Shown: positions 52,213-64,000 of the stretch, piece after piece
How positions within the stretch are numbered: the first letter of the stretch is position 1
Layout: each line of letters opens with the position of its first letter
Origin: Tricharina praecox
Lineage: Eukaryota
Reading direction: 5' to 3'
NCBI RefSeq assembly: GCF_024521635.1
Contig: NW_026250407.1
Coordinates: 434,001-498,000 of the forward strand
Length of the DNA: 64,000 bases
The notes under the pieces: model-generated
Seen by the model: only the letters and a program-made list of their open reading frames with translations
Told to the model about the DNA's origin: nothing
Database searches by the model: none
Program-made: the position numbers and the translations under genes

Positions 52213-52373
52213 AATGGTGGGGATGTTTTTACCGGTTACGGTTGTATATTAGCTATGTCTATCTCTTCCTTCTACCATGTTCTCTAGGGGGGGCATGATC
52301 CATTTGGCTAGCAAAGCAAAGGCGTTTGTGTATGTATCATAAGAAACACAGTAATGACACTAGAAAGAAGGCA

Positions 52374-53486
52374 TCACACGATCCAACTGTCATCCACCAG
52401 CTCCCCAAGCACACTATCCTTCACCCACTTCCAATCCCTCCTCCACCCCTTCTCAATGAACTCCTTCCCCACAACCGCACACCTCACCGCCTCCGTTTGC
52501 GGTTCCCACCCACTCCTAGCCGGCCACACCGCAAGATGCACACCAAAGTGCACCACAACCCTACTTGCTATATCTTCGCTAACCCGTCCATAAGCTCCCA
52601 AAAACGCCCTCATGATCGCAATCCCCGTCTCGACCCCAAAGAACCGAAAAGGCAGATAAAGCTCAGCACACATCTGCGCCAAATCGCCCCAGACCTCTCC
52701 GACGCGTGCCATCTCCCAATCAATAATAGTCACCGTGCTCTTATCAAGTAGCACATTCCCGCACCAAAAGTCCCCATGAAGCACCGTATCCGGCAACTGC
52801 ACTGCGGGTGTGGCCGCAACAATTTCCGCAAACAACGCCGCGGCCCCCCCCAGCTCCGCTGCGGGCAGCAGCGCAACCGTCTCCAGCAGCCGCCCATACG
52901 TCGCCCACGTCCATATCCCGGCCGCCTGCGTATTCCCACCCAGGGCCTCGCGCAGCTCCTCCGCCGCCTCCGTGCGGCCCCAGGAGTGCAGACGGCGCAA
53001 CCACACGCCCAGCGCCTCGCCCAGCGCTTCCGCGTCCGCGTCTAGCCCGGCGGCGGAACATAGGATCGCCTTGAGGTCCCTACTACCCGAGCCCGCATCC
53101 GCGACCACGACGCTGTGCGATTCACTATCGTAGTGGTGCGCTATCGGCGTGCCCACCGTCCACCCCAAAGCTGTCGTCACCGCTGGCGGCGGACACGATA
53201 GTGATGCGAACTCGATGTAGACCCGCGATGTGTCGAGCGCGATGTTCTGCGCTAGCGCGACAAAGGGCTCGCCGTGCTTGATTATTACCGTTGTTGGCGT
53301 TGTTGGGATGCCGGGGGAGATGGGGGAGGTGGAGGAGGGAGAGGAGAGGGAGGAGAGGGTTGCCCGGTAGGTGTAGTTTGCGAAGCCGCCGTGGAGTGGG
53401 GTGAGTGCGGACAGTGGGCGGAAGACGCGGGAGAGGTGCGTGCGTAGCTGCGAGGGGGATGTGTAGTCGGGAGTCGAGGAGGCCAT
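52374..53486 (-). CDS. Aminoglycoside phosphotransferase/choline-kinase-like small-molecule kinase
   Basis: Intronless 370 aa. GGFANYTYR loop, VIIKH, Brenner-type HGDFWCGNVLL and IIDWEMA. Confidence 0.85.
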   Translation of the reverse strand: MASSTPDYTSPSQLRTHLSRVFRPLSALTPLHGGFANYTYRATLSSLSSPSSTSPISPGIPTTPTTVIIKHGEPFVALAQNIALDTSRVYIEFASLSCPPPAVTTALGWTVGTPIAHHYDSESHSVVVADAGSGSRDLKAILCSAAGLDADAEALGEALGVWLRRLHSWGRTEAAEELREALGGNTQAAGIWTWATYGRLLETVALLPAAELGGAAALFAEIVAATPAVQLPDTVLHGDFWCGNVLLDKSTVTIIDWEMARVGEVWGDLAQMCAELYLPFRFFGVETGIAIMRAFLGAYGRVSEDIASRVVVHFGVHLAVWPARSGWEPQTEAVRCAVVGKEFIEKGWRRDWKWVKDSVLGELVDDSWIV

Positions 53487-54471
53487 GCTTGGGGATTGGG
53501 AGTGAATGGGTGATTGGGTGATTGGGTGATTAGGTGAATGGCAAATGAAGAGCTGATTAAAGCTGGTAGTTTGGGTGAATGGGTCAGTGGAGATTTGATT
53601 GAAGCTGGCAGTCCGAGTCGTGGTGCTGGTGGTCGTGGTGGTGGGTTTGTGGGATTAAATGTGAGAATCAGATGCATGAGTGAAACATCTGCAACCTATC
53701 ACTCATGCAATATGATGCATCGTCGACTCATCGCGGCTCACACTCAGACATGCTGCAGGCTTTAAGTCACTACAGGCAGAGGCTGAATAGGAATCGTAAG
53801 GAATGTGTTAAACAGCTAGTAAAAACTCATTTGTATGGTGGAAACGGTGTTGGAGCTTGGAACTTGGAACTTGGAACGTCTAAGACCGTGAAACTGTTTA
53901 CATTCACAAGACATCACCCACCAATAGCTATACCGGTATGTAAACAGCTGCCATACAGCTAACAATCCATCTTCTTGAAATGCAGCAACACTAGAACGGA
54001 CCGTTAGGTGGCGGAGCTTCCACCGAAGAAAACCCAGACTCGTGCGCAGCGTTTGCACCGCACATACAGTAGCAAAACGTGGGGTGCGATTGATACGGGG
54101 CGAATACCGCGGTCATTTGAATACCAACGGACTACCAGATTTTCATTCAATACGTAAGCCCACTTTTGGAAACGTCCAAAGAACACTTTATTCCATAACG
54201 TCAGGAGCCATACCGTCTTTCTCGCATCACGTATCAAAACATAATACGTCATCTACAGACAACTGACAACGAGAGTTCTACAGTGTTGCAATGCACTGCG
54301 TAATTGTATCACGCATGTAGTTGCAGGTTCGTCCTATTGACAAGACTGTGTGTTTGGTCAACTTCAGTAGTAATACCTACGTAAGTTTCAAATTACTATG
54401 ACCGGATGACTACGGTATCACTACTGAAATACTTCCGTGCTTGCAGAAATAGGTGCTCATCAGTACCCCAG

Positions 54472-54646
54472 GGTCCGTACAATGCGATCTTGTGGAGTAT
54501 TACGGGGTTTGAAGGATGCAGTAGCATCACGGATTTACTTCTGAAAAAAATACTGTGACCTAGCATTTCACGAAATAATTAGGTCCGTACAATGCGATCT
54601 TTTGGAGTATCACGGGGCTGGGTAGTCGCAGTAGCACAACGGATTT
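54472..54646. repeat. Imperfect 65-bp direct repeat, period 110 bp
   Basis: ggtccgtacaatgcgatcttgtggagtattacgggg...gcagtagcatcacggattt (54472-54536) versus ggtccgtacaatgcgatcttttggagtatcacgggg...gcagtagcacaacggattt (54582-54646). Confidence 0.85.
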
Positions 54647-56699
54647 GCAGACGGCTCCATCAGCCCAATCCGTATAGTTTCCTCTACAGTATTTATTCCG
54701 TGGGCCTACGACACTTCCTGCACTACAGGAATTTCGGAAATATTGCTTGCGTACAGCACGTCTTACTCACAGCACGTATCCGTGCAACTAGAGGGTTTCT
54801 ACCGTATGCATACCGGATTCAGTGACCGGAACATTCTGCCCAGCACGGCATTTCGTCCGTAGGACTCTTGTTTTTATAGTTTTACTACAGTCTAGGAACT
54901 ATGTGATTAGCAGAACAACGTTTTCTCTGCACGACGTTGTTGTGTGAATACGGTAGTTCTCTGGTAGTTCTCTGGTATTCTGGACAGCGCGCAATATGTT
55001 GCATTCGGAAGAACTGTGGTAGTCCTTCCGGTGTTGTAGTAAAGCGTATCTTTACAACACTGCGTATAGTGTTTCGGCTTCGGCATTCGTGGGGTACCGT
55101 AGTGAAGTCGTTGAAAGCGGCGACTTACTACGGACCTACGGTTCGGCGGGTGGGTAGGTGATAGGTATGTCGTTAGGCGGCTACGGGAAACGGCGTCTGG
55201 TCGAGTGCGCGTATCGGCAGACGGAAGTGATCTGGCTGCGGAATTGAAGATATGGCACGGGTAAATCGCAAACTCCCGTAACGTACTCAATGGTAGTATT
55301 ATAAGAAGCTTCTAGGCAGCTATATGCTACTGGAGATAGGGAGGGCTGGACGGAGCAGGAGCATGCATGCTACGGGTGCAATGCCCTTTTCCGCAGCAGA
55401 ATCTCCACGGTTTGTGCGCTGGACAAATCCCGGGATATGAAGCTAACCCATCCATACCCCGGCCTCAAAGACGCCCACCATATTCGATTGTGAGCCCCAT
55501 CAGCATCTGGATCAGTTTACTACCTCTCGAATCTTACTTCCCTTCGTTCTATAAAACTTCCTCTGGGCCATAACTAAAATCCATTACGCACCGGGTCATA
55601 AGACTCCGGTATATCATAAAAAGGCCCCTCCGAAGGAGAAGGAGGTGGAAAACCTGGCTCACCTGCAGTTCTGCGCATGGACTCGTGAGGAGGCAGCCAT
55701 GCACCGCGGCTATGGGAAACAGCGACCGGTTAGCGTAGTGATGTACGCCGTGAGGTGCACTCGGAAACATGTGTGGGAAACAGATGATCGTCTCCGACGC
55801 CTCATTCAACCAGGAGTGAGTAACCCAATTCATCCCTTTCGCCAAGGCATGCTGATCTAATGGCGGATGCTCATCCCTTCCCTCGTCAAAAATATTTCAC
55901 GGCAACGGGGGAGCGAGTGGGGGACACAGGGGGGTAGTCATAATTGGGGTACTAGCAAGGATCCGCCCACCAGCCGGCTGAAGAAGGCTAGCTTGTGGTG
56001 CGGGCATAGGTGGTGCGGCGGCGGCGAGGGAGCTCTTAGTCGGCCGCACAGTCGCCTCACCATACCACTTGACATCAGCCCGACATCATAACCTACACAC
56101 TAGTTACCTCCACCCACTTATTCCCCCACCGCTGGTGCCGTAGCTCGAGGCCGTGATAACAACCAAAGGAATGCCTAGCCTTATTTGTACTCTGCTTACA
56201 TCTTGGCCTTCTCACGAATCCTCTTCCAAGCCGTTTTCCAAGCCTCTCTCACATGACCACACAACACGAAGGTGCGAACATCGGCACGCTTGAGTCCTCG
56301 GCCAAGACAACTGGGTGCGACGGACACCAACTTCAAACTTCCAAGTATCTAACCTGGCCGCCAAAATAGTCAAAACTAAACTCACCGGCGCCCGCACCCT
56401 AATGCGTGTGAAGCGGTCCCTCCCGCACGGCAGCTTCTGGGATGCGGCAGGTGAATGCACGACGGTAACCGTGGAGAAAAGCACGCCTCTTTCCGCAGCG
56501 GAATCACCAGGCGTGTCGATCAGCTTTAGGGTATAAAGCTAACCATGGCCTGGCTCAAACATGCCCTCCATAACTATCCAATTGCTAGTCTTCAGTAACT
56601 TGCCATCTTTCCAACAGTGCCGATTTTCTTCTCTGTTCTTGGCATAACCTTGGTATGTACTTCTGTCCACTCATCACCGGAAACAAATGGTCGGCTCCA

Positions 56700-57700
56700 C
56701 CAGTAGCAGCGTGGACAGCTCCGAACGGAGTATGCTAGCCGAAAGATCTTCTGCCCCACGGCGTTCCCACGGCCCGGATTATGCTGTTCGGATACAACTC
56801 CAACGTCGCATTCGCCAAGTCCATGTGTGGCATAAACAATCACGGACGAAGTAGATCTCCTGTAGTGGCTGAATCTTCGCCGGCCAACCGAGGCGAGCTA
56901 CAGCCTACAGGGCCGAATTTGACGACTCAACACACGATCTATGACTGTCACAGGACCATAGCAATAGACGATCACGCATATTTGTAGCCCATAGCTTGGG
57001 AGGCATCGTCACCAAACAGGTTGGGACATAATTCTACCTACCTAATGTACTCTACATACCATCATCCAAGCCGAAACTAACCGTGTCAAAGGGTTTGTTG
57101 ATAGTGAAACACGGCACTAGAGAATTCGGCGATATAGACCGGTCAACGCATGGCCTCATCTTCTTCGGCACCCCGCATTACTACGGTAATCACTTCAAGC
57201 ACGCCAACCGCGCCATCAGGATGGTGGAAGCCCTGATGTGGGGGCATGGTAAGCGTGGAGGAGGAGGAGGAGGAGGAGGAGGAGGAGTATTCGACCTGCC
57301 GAATGGCATCCCACAATTGCCGTACCTTATATGCCGCAATCTTATCGCAACGACCTGCTGGCGCGGCTGACTCACGGCTCACCGCTTTCGGCGAAGGAGC
57401 ACGGTGATTTCGACATTCTGTGGCGGAAATGGCGCGTCATCAAGTTGTCATCAAGTTGTACGAGGGGCAATGGACGCCGCCCAGAGGCTTGGGCGAAACG
57501 GTTGGCAGGTTACTTCCAAAAACGATTATGGTCGACAAGGAGGAGGCGGCAGTAATCGGCGGCTCCTGCATCGAGCGCTGAGGAGAAGGTTGTCGTGCTG
57601 AATACAGATCATACCAGCGTGAATAAGTTTGCTGCGGCTTTGGATCCGATGTACAATGCATACGTGCGCCCGCTGGATGAGATCAGGGATATGCTCATGT
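56700..57700 (+). pseudogene. Pseudogene of a SesB/PGAP1-like alpha/beta hydrolase (type found N-terminal to fungal NLRs)
   Basis: Ordered fragments WTAPNGVC*PKDLLP..ARIMLFGYNS; DLL*WL (frameshifted); IFVAHSLGGIVTKQ; STHGLIFFGTPH; VVLNTDHTSVNKF...DPMY. Contains stops, a frameshift and a (GGA)10 expansion. Confidence 0.8.
57258..57287. repeat. (GGA)n microsatellite inside the hydrolase pseudogene
   Basis: About 10 GGA units. Confidence 0.9.
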
Positions 57701-58277
57701 ATTGCCTTGAAGTCCTCAAGGGTTGAGGAGGGGAGGGAGGGGAAGGAGGGGAAGATAGATGCTCGCGTTATGTAGCATTAGCTACGGCGTTTTTTGTGGA
57801 ACGGTTTCGCACGTATGTATGTACTTTCTCCAGCCCAAGTCGGACGAGCGATTTTCCATGAACTCCACTGTTTCGGATTTAAACGCCAGTGTATAGAGTG
57901 GGAACCGTCCTTGTCAGTGTCACCAATACTCGTACATATGTCGGCAAGGAAATTTCTGAGAACACTCCGCCAAAAGCTTGGATTGGTGGGCTGGAAGGGG
58001 AATACCTACTTGAACTTGGATGTATAAGGCGAAGGCACTTCCTGGGAGGATCAGCCAGTTAGATTGACAAGTGACGCATTGGACTCTTGATATGATGTAC
58101 CCCACACTTAGATAGATTCACAGAAAATCACGCAAATGAAGAGAGCCGTTACAGTACCAGTTCATATGATATCCTAGATAAGTACCGCAGTCAACCATCG
58201 ATCCAACCAGCTGCCGCTATGGGGAAGCATCCTGAGCAGAAAATGACAGGATAGCCTGCGTATGTAGCCAACCATCC

Positions 58278-58776
58278 CAGTGTTTGACATAGTCTGGTCC
58301 GGACTGCAGTCTGGAGTCTGAACTGGACGGACTGCGTAAATGCAGTCCGTCCAGTCCATAGATTTGGTGGATTGGGTGCGGACTGCAGTCCGATGATGTG
58401 CACTTGGTTGCACTTATGTATGACCGAAGAAAAAAAACACCTTTGGGTGCTGAAACTTCCATCCTTGAGTAGTTCGTGTGGTTACATTCATATACTTTAC
58501 TTAAACAATGATCAGACTGAGTCTTACACTATGCACTGCCGTTCGTCAGCTTTGAATGTTTGCATCTTCACCTCTGCCGTCTTCAGGAAGCCCATCGGGA
58601 TGTAGGAGTCGAAAGTAAGATTTTCTTCATCTCTTGGTGCCCATTGGACTACAGTCCGTCCTACCCTCCAAGTTTCTTGGACTAGTCCGTCCGAACAACG
58701 CTCCCGGACGGACTGCCGACATACAGTCCAGTCCGATCTGAGGCTCAGGAGGACGGATGGACTATGTCGAACACTG
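58278..58776. mobile_element. MITE-like non-autonomous DNA transposon (499 bp, CAGTG termini, hAT-like)
   Basis: TIRs cagtgtttgacatagtc and gactatgtcgaacactg (16/17 match). Subterminal arrays of GGACTG/CAGTCC at both ends with an AT-rich core. No exact TSD seen. Confidence 0.75.
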
Positions 58777-61700
58777 TCGAACCACGCCGACAGCCGTGCG
58801 ATCTCGGAAGCAGTGCGAGCAGACTCAAGCCCTCGTTGTATGCAGCGCACGTAGAGCTGTGTAGGTGCATATCCGGAGTCATATCGGCCCGCCTGCGTGC
58901 GTGCAACACAGTAAGCTTGAGGGAACCGGTCCTGCCACAGCTGCCATCTCATACCTAGGAATGCCCTGGGATGACATGGAAAATAATTCCTTCTGGAAAC
59001 TCCTACAGTCATCACCCCCTTCCCCGCGAGAAACATTAGTGCCTACGGGACGATGACACCCAGGGCACGACGCTGGAGTACATACTTTCCGTTCACTACA
59101 AGAATGAATAATACCGTATGTCTCCACAACACACATCGTGAAAATGTTTTCTCGTTGTAGCAATGGTCTATCGGCGTCCCTCTAGAGCACCTACTGGCTG
59201 CATAGAGTAGATACCATCAATAACTATCAGATCCACCTCGTCAATCAGTATTAATAAACCCCAGCTCATATGATCCCGTAGGGGAAAGGCTAGCTAGCTC
59301 CCAGGCCCTGAACAGTGAAATTGCCACTAACCGTATGCACTACTGGTAAAATAGATCCGAGTCCCGGCGCCGGGCGGAAGAGAACTCTACTACCTATATC
59401 TACTACCTATCCAATTACATATCATCGTCAAAAGGGATGACAAAAAAGCTCAGGTAGGACCGTAGGAGCTCGAGGAAGCATGAAACCGGAATAACTGGAA
59501 GAAATGCTCTCCCCCGGCCGAATCAATCGAGTGCACACTGCACGACTTCGATAGTGCATTGGGTAGTAGGTAAACAAAGCTCACGTATGTATGGGGATGG
59601 ATATTCACTGGGGGGGCATGGCGATATTGGATATTGTGGGGCTTGTGGGGGTGTCCTCTAACTCGCTCATCAATAGAGTAGGTGAGTAGGTATTTTGCTA
59701 TGTATACCACCTACTCATGCTCGCTGTCAATGCTTATGCAGGACGATGGATTACCGTATTAGGTATTAGTTACAACCTGCAGGCCAAATGGGGTCTGTTC
59801 CATATGTACGATCGGGAGAGGGGAGGAATCAAGGGATTAGTTATCTAGCTGCTTTAATACTATACTCGAAGCGAGGAATTGGATTCGTCACGATAGGTAG
59901 GCCTCCGTTGTAGAAGGAAGTTTCCGTAGTGGGGGGAATTATCGACTCTCCGTAGTGGAGGAAGTTCTTCACGGTAAACCGGAGCTGTGAATGGGAGCGG
60001 ATAAAAGCTTTTGCGAATTGGCCAGCCTACTGTCTACATACATACGAGCTGCGTATGTATGTAGCGGAATAACTATGTACCTACCCCACAGGCAAGCAAT
60101 CAAGCAAGGAGTCCTCCTACATACATACCTAGGCTATTGTCACTGGCGCAGCGCTGGAGCTACTACTCTACTATGTAGATATTTGGCCAGGGCTCACTGT
60201 GGGATATGAAGGGATTGCGAGGCGGGGTTTCAGGGTGATGCCATGTCCGTCCTGTCCTGTCCTCGAGGACAAGCTTGCAACGGAAGTGAGCGGATTCGGA
60301 AAGTTATCGAGGTACATGGATCGTGGAGTATACTGCCGCGACCCACGCCGTATGTATCACCCATTATGTGTACCTCCGACTGAGGAAACAAAATCCCCAC
60401 CGTCAACACGGTGGTATGTATGCATGTAAATATTACTGATGGACTACCTACCTACCTACGCAACACCCTTGGATAGATTCCACCATCTCGGAGTATCCAG
60501 CGGGACAGAGTGATCTACACCCAGTTAGAGTAGTGAGACTTCTTCTCACGGCCGCCGGCTTCCTGGAGCCTGCAAGTTGATGTCGATCAATATCCACTCT
60601 GCATCCGGATCTCGATTTTGGTTTTGATTTTTTTCCTTGCCTCATGCGCGTCTCTACAGCCAAGTTTGAAGTTACGTGAAGCGAATCCGTCGGCCAGGGC
60701 AAGGCAGGGTTCGTTGGGGGATAGTATCTAAGGGGATGGATCGTGGTCGATTCATGCGTGCGGTCTGGATTTTGTCGTTTATGCGCGGCCTACCTGGGTC
60801 TGGAAAGTATCAGCACCTTGAAGGAAACATCGTGTATCTATCGTCACGGCCTGCTTGTATGCATACGGTGAACGATCGATACTCCTCGCCTCTCCAAGAT
60901 GGCGCTGGGGGAATATTAAGGGGCACTTTGGATTCAGCGCCAAAGCTGTCGTAAGCACAGAGGTACTCTGCCTTATTGTTCTACTACTCCAGTTAGTATG
61001 ACCCGGCTCCAGAAGGAACAAACTCGAATACCGATATGTATTGTACTTACTGCTTCAGCCTTCCGTCCTGACTCCAGCGTCCGTGTGGTACCTAGGTACA
61101 TAAATACCAGGCCTGTACAGTAAAAGCCATCCACTTGCTTCCGCGTCGATACTACCCGTATGCACATCTGCCTACAATTTCCAGTGAGTAGCCTGTACCC
61201 ACTCTATCTGCATCAGCATGCTGGTCGGTCTGCAGGATATCAAGCACGTACCTGAATAGCGCAAGGAAGCTGGAGAAGCAATTGGTTTTCTAGAGTGTCT
61301 CTGAGTACTCTACTCTAGAAAATACATAGCAGTTGAAGAGATGCTTTTTTCCCAGGACCGGGCTCCGCGACCATTCGGGGAACTAGCCGAGCCCACCCAA
61401 TCGAACTGCCTGTTTCAACTCCTTGGACCGGCCGTTAACTACGGTAGGTAGGGGGGGACCGTTCGACGTTGGGTCCGGTTAGGCCCCGTTATTTTTGGGC
61501 GAAATCGGAAACCGTGTTACTGCAGAGTTTCGAATCTGCTGGGGATCTGCTTCTCTTCACGGTTTTTGGTCGCGTTTGATCGTCCCCACGGGAAAAAAAG
61601 ACTGAGGTCACTATGGATTGTACATACTGACTATCCACGATCCACTACGGCCGCACCCACCTGCGTGCTCGAACTGTCGAATATCTCATCTATGTAGGCT

Positions 61701-62084
61701 CTGGGTGTTTGCGGGCATGACGTTGAAGCTATAGTAGAGCCTGGAGCCTGGAAGCCTGGAGCCTGGGGAAGGGAAACACATGTACCTGCGTGTGTGGTTC
61801 AGGGACTGGAGGGGCTTGAGCTTTGCCTACCAGGGTTGGCTTTGTCCCGTGCCACCAAAAACGTTGCTTCTTCCGTCACCTTCACCCCCATCTCTCTATA
61901 ATGTAGCCCACCCTCCTCGGCAGCAATCTACGATCCACTCGAGGGGAGACGTTTGCATGCATCGCTATAACCCCAAGCATAACGCTGCCGCCCTCGAACA
62001 CCTGTGCTCTGCTCTGCGTTCTGATCTTCGGCCCCCTCCCCCCTCCGCCGTCCGACAACACCTATCGCATTCAGTCAGGCCGCC

Positions 62085-64000
62085 ATGTTCAGCTTCTCGA
62101 AGAAATTCAGTCGGAGCAAGAGGGGCGGTTCAGGGGTCGATAAGGACCGTGAAGTCGGCCGCGGAGGAGAACGACTGGGTGTAGGAGTATACACGGGAGG
62201 AGGAGCAGGAGCAGGAGCAGGAGTAGGAGCAGGAGGAGGAGGTGCAGGCTCGACGGTATCGCTGCCAACACTGTACGGCCGTCGCAGCCACTCCGCGCAT
62301 TCGAACAAGACATACGGGGAGCCGGTATCTCCCACGACGACGCTGCCTACGCACCGATTTCCGCCGCTCAATTCGCGCTTCGATCCCGAGGCCCCACATG
62401 CGCACAACACCACGCCGGTGCGACGAAACAAACCGCTCGAGCGACCGAAAACTTTCTACCGACTGTTTGGTTTTGGTACCGACCCGAATAGTGGCAGTGA
62501 CGCCGACGCGGCTTCTGGACCGATTAGCTGGGCCGACGACCCAAATGCGCCATCGCCTGTTGCACTTCCGCATAAGGCACTCGCGTTGCTGGGCATCAGG
62601 GAGACGTCTGCTGGCTTCCGTATGCCCGCGTCGCCAAAACCATGCGACCATCTGAACGACTTCGAGGACAACGAACTCCAAAGTAGCAATCGACGACTGC
62701 CTTGCTTCAGCGAGCTGACCTACACGCCGATCGAAGTGCCCCCTGCTCCGGAGCGCCTCTATTTCCGTCCGCAATCTCTATGCTCCTCGTTTTCCGCGAC
62801 ATCGACAGGAACGATAGCGACGACGGTGACGTCGATGACGGCTACCTCGCCTTCGCTTGGGGACCCGGAGGAGTATGGGACGTTCAGCTCGGGTTCTACG
62901 GTAAAGGCGCAGGAGATTAGCATGTTGAATCTGGATGACTCGGACTCAGAAGAAGAAGAAGAAGAAGAAAAAGAAGAAGAAGAACAAGAACAAGGGGATC
63001 TGTTAGAGTCGACGGATATGTTTGTAGGCAAAAGAACAACTACACCTGCTCCCGAGCTTCCAGTAGAGATTGCCATGCGGATTTGCGATTTCTTCGTTAC
63101 CGAGACGCATCAAGAAGATCTGGGCCAAGACGAACGGCATGAGCGCTGTCCCAACTGTGACATCCACACGCTGTGGGCCCTTGCCCTGGTATCACGTTCG
63201 TGGAACAGAGCCGCGACTCAAACACTCTATCGAACGGTGTCATTGGACTTTGGATACTATTCCGAGCCTACGCGCGACGAGGATGGCAAGGGGGTAGCTC
63301 CGGAATTCGTACCGTATACCACTTGCCGTGGCCATGCCGGTGCAGCACTACACACAAAGATCGACATCCAAGCGAAACTACAGCTCCTCTACCGAACGAT
63401 CTGGGATTCGCAGGGCGATATCGGCGAGCGCATCAGAGGAATCAAGCTCCCGCGCAGGTTGTTCTCAATTACCAAATACCCACTCTCGGCGATCCTGCAG
63501 AAATGCCCGAATCTAGAATTTGTCGACCACGCGATAGCCTCGGGAAGTCCGGAGGACCTCGTATCGACACTGTCGAACTTAGTCCAGATGAGACGCTGGA
63601 CCTGGAAGCGCGAAACGGGGGTGAAATACGAGCAGTGCAAGGTACGACAAAAGCGAATGACCGCGATGGTCGACATGCAAAAGAACATGCCGGGGCCGCC
63701 CCTTGCGATCGCCATCACCGTCTTCCCCCTCTGGACGAAACTCCGGCATCTGGAGCTCAACAACCTACGACGTGAGGACATCCCGGACGAGTTCGACTTC
63801 TGCGCGCTCAGCAGCCTCGAATCAGTCACCTTATGCAACCTCTGCATCATGGACCGAAACCCGGAAGCAGGGTTTCTCGAGCGCCTGCCGGCATTGCGAC
63901 GGCTGAAGATCGAAATGTGCCTCTTCATCAGCGAGGAGCGGATATTCGCATACCTGCAGCAGAAGGGCCACAAGATGACGCACCTCGAGCTGCGCAATTC
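62085..64000 (+). CDS. F-box protein with leucine-rich repeats, 3' end outside the window
   Basis: Frame open from ATG 62085 (gccgccATG) to the window end. Low-complexity N-terminus, acidic tract, F-box-like PELPVEIAMRICDF...LALVSRSWNRAATQTLYR, then LRR-like LQKCPNLEFVD, WTKLRHLEL and LPALRRLKIEMC. Absent from the ORF track because it has no stop in the window. Confidence 0.8.
   Translation, partial: MFSFSKKFSRSKRGGSGVDKDREVGRGGERLGVGVYTGGGAGAGAGVGAGGGGAGSTVSLPTLYGRRSHSAHSNKTYGEPVSPTTTLPTHRFPPLNSRFDPEAPHAHNTTPVRRNKPLERPKTFYRLFGFGTDPNSGSDADAASGPISWADDPNAPSPVALPHKALALLGIRETSAGFRMPASPKPCDHLNDFEDNELQSSNRRLPCFSELTYTPIEVPPAPERLYFRPQSLCSSFSATSTGTIATTVTSMTATSPSLGDPEEYGTFSSGSTVKAQEISMLNLDDSDSEEEEEEEKEEEEQEQGDLLESTDMFVGKRTTTPAPELPVEIAMRICDFFVTETHQEDLGQDERHERCPNCDIHTLWALALVSRSWNRAATQTLYRTVSLDFGYYSEPTRDEDGKGVAPEFVPYTTCRGHAGAALHTKIDIQAKLQLLYRTIWDSQGDIGERIRGIKLPRRLFSITKYPLSAILQKCPNLEFVDHAIASGSPEDLVSTLSNLVQMRRWTWKRETGVKYEQCKVRQKRMTAMVDMQKNMPGPPLAIAITVFPLWTKLRHLELNNLRREDIPDEFDFCALSSLESVTLCNLCIMDRNPEAGFLERLPALRRLKIEMCLFISEERIFAYLQQKGHKMTHLELRN

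Noticed and set aside
56730..56745. TAG at a conserved Trp codon as a candidate for A-to-I stop-codon correction (known in sexual stages of some ascomycetes)
   Set aside because: The same gene has a second stop and a frameshift, so editing alone could not restore it; a pseudogene is the simpler reading.

Overview
This is eukaryotic DNA from a filamentous ascomycete: short GT-AG introns with CTRAC/CTRAT branch points and compact genes. Gene style is compatible with Pezizomycetes, but that assignment is inference. About 22 protein-coding genes can be supported. Conserved housekeeping genes are eIF3m, RPS26, COX19, NPR3, tRNA ligase TRL1, SF3a2/PRP11, an Iec1-like C2H2 protein, URA6, CFT1/CPSF160, the NDR kinase CBK1/COT1, eIF3h and TIM54. 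Metabolic and other genes include an FMN alpha-hydroxy acid oxidase (partial), a paraoxonase-like protein, CYP53, an aldo-keto reductase, an APH-like kinase and an F-box protein (partial). Accessory intervals hold the most interesting features: (i) a cryptic 3-exon gene for a strongly diverged RNA polymerase II RPB11-like protein, only fragmentarily visible in the ORF track, head-to-head with a stand-alone SRA/YDG methyl-DNA-reader gene; (ii) a head-to-head pair of an uncharacterised membrane protein and a fungal AAA+ ATPase; (iii) a PIF/Harbinger relic with an intact, repeat-expanded Myb/SANT-like ORF facing a short transposase remnant; (iv) a gene-poor 8.5-kb stretch with MITE-like elements and a SesB-like alpha/beta-hydrolase pseudogene. 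No rRNA, tRNA or CRISPR array was recognised. All family assignments come from motif recognition by eye; no database search was run.
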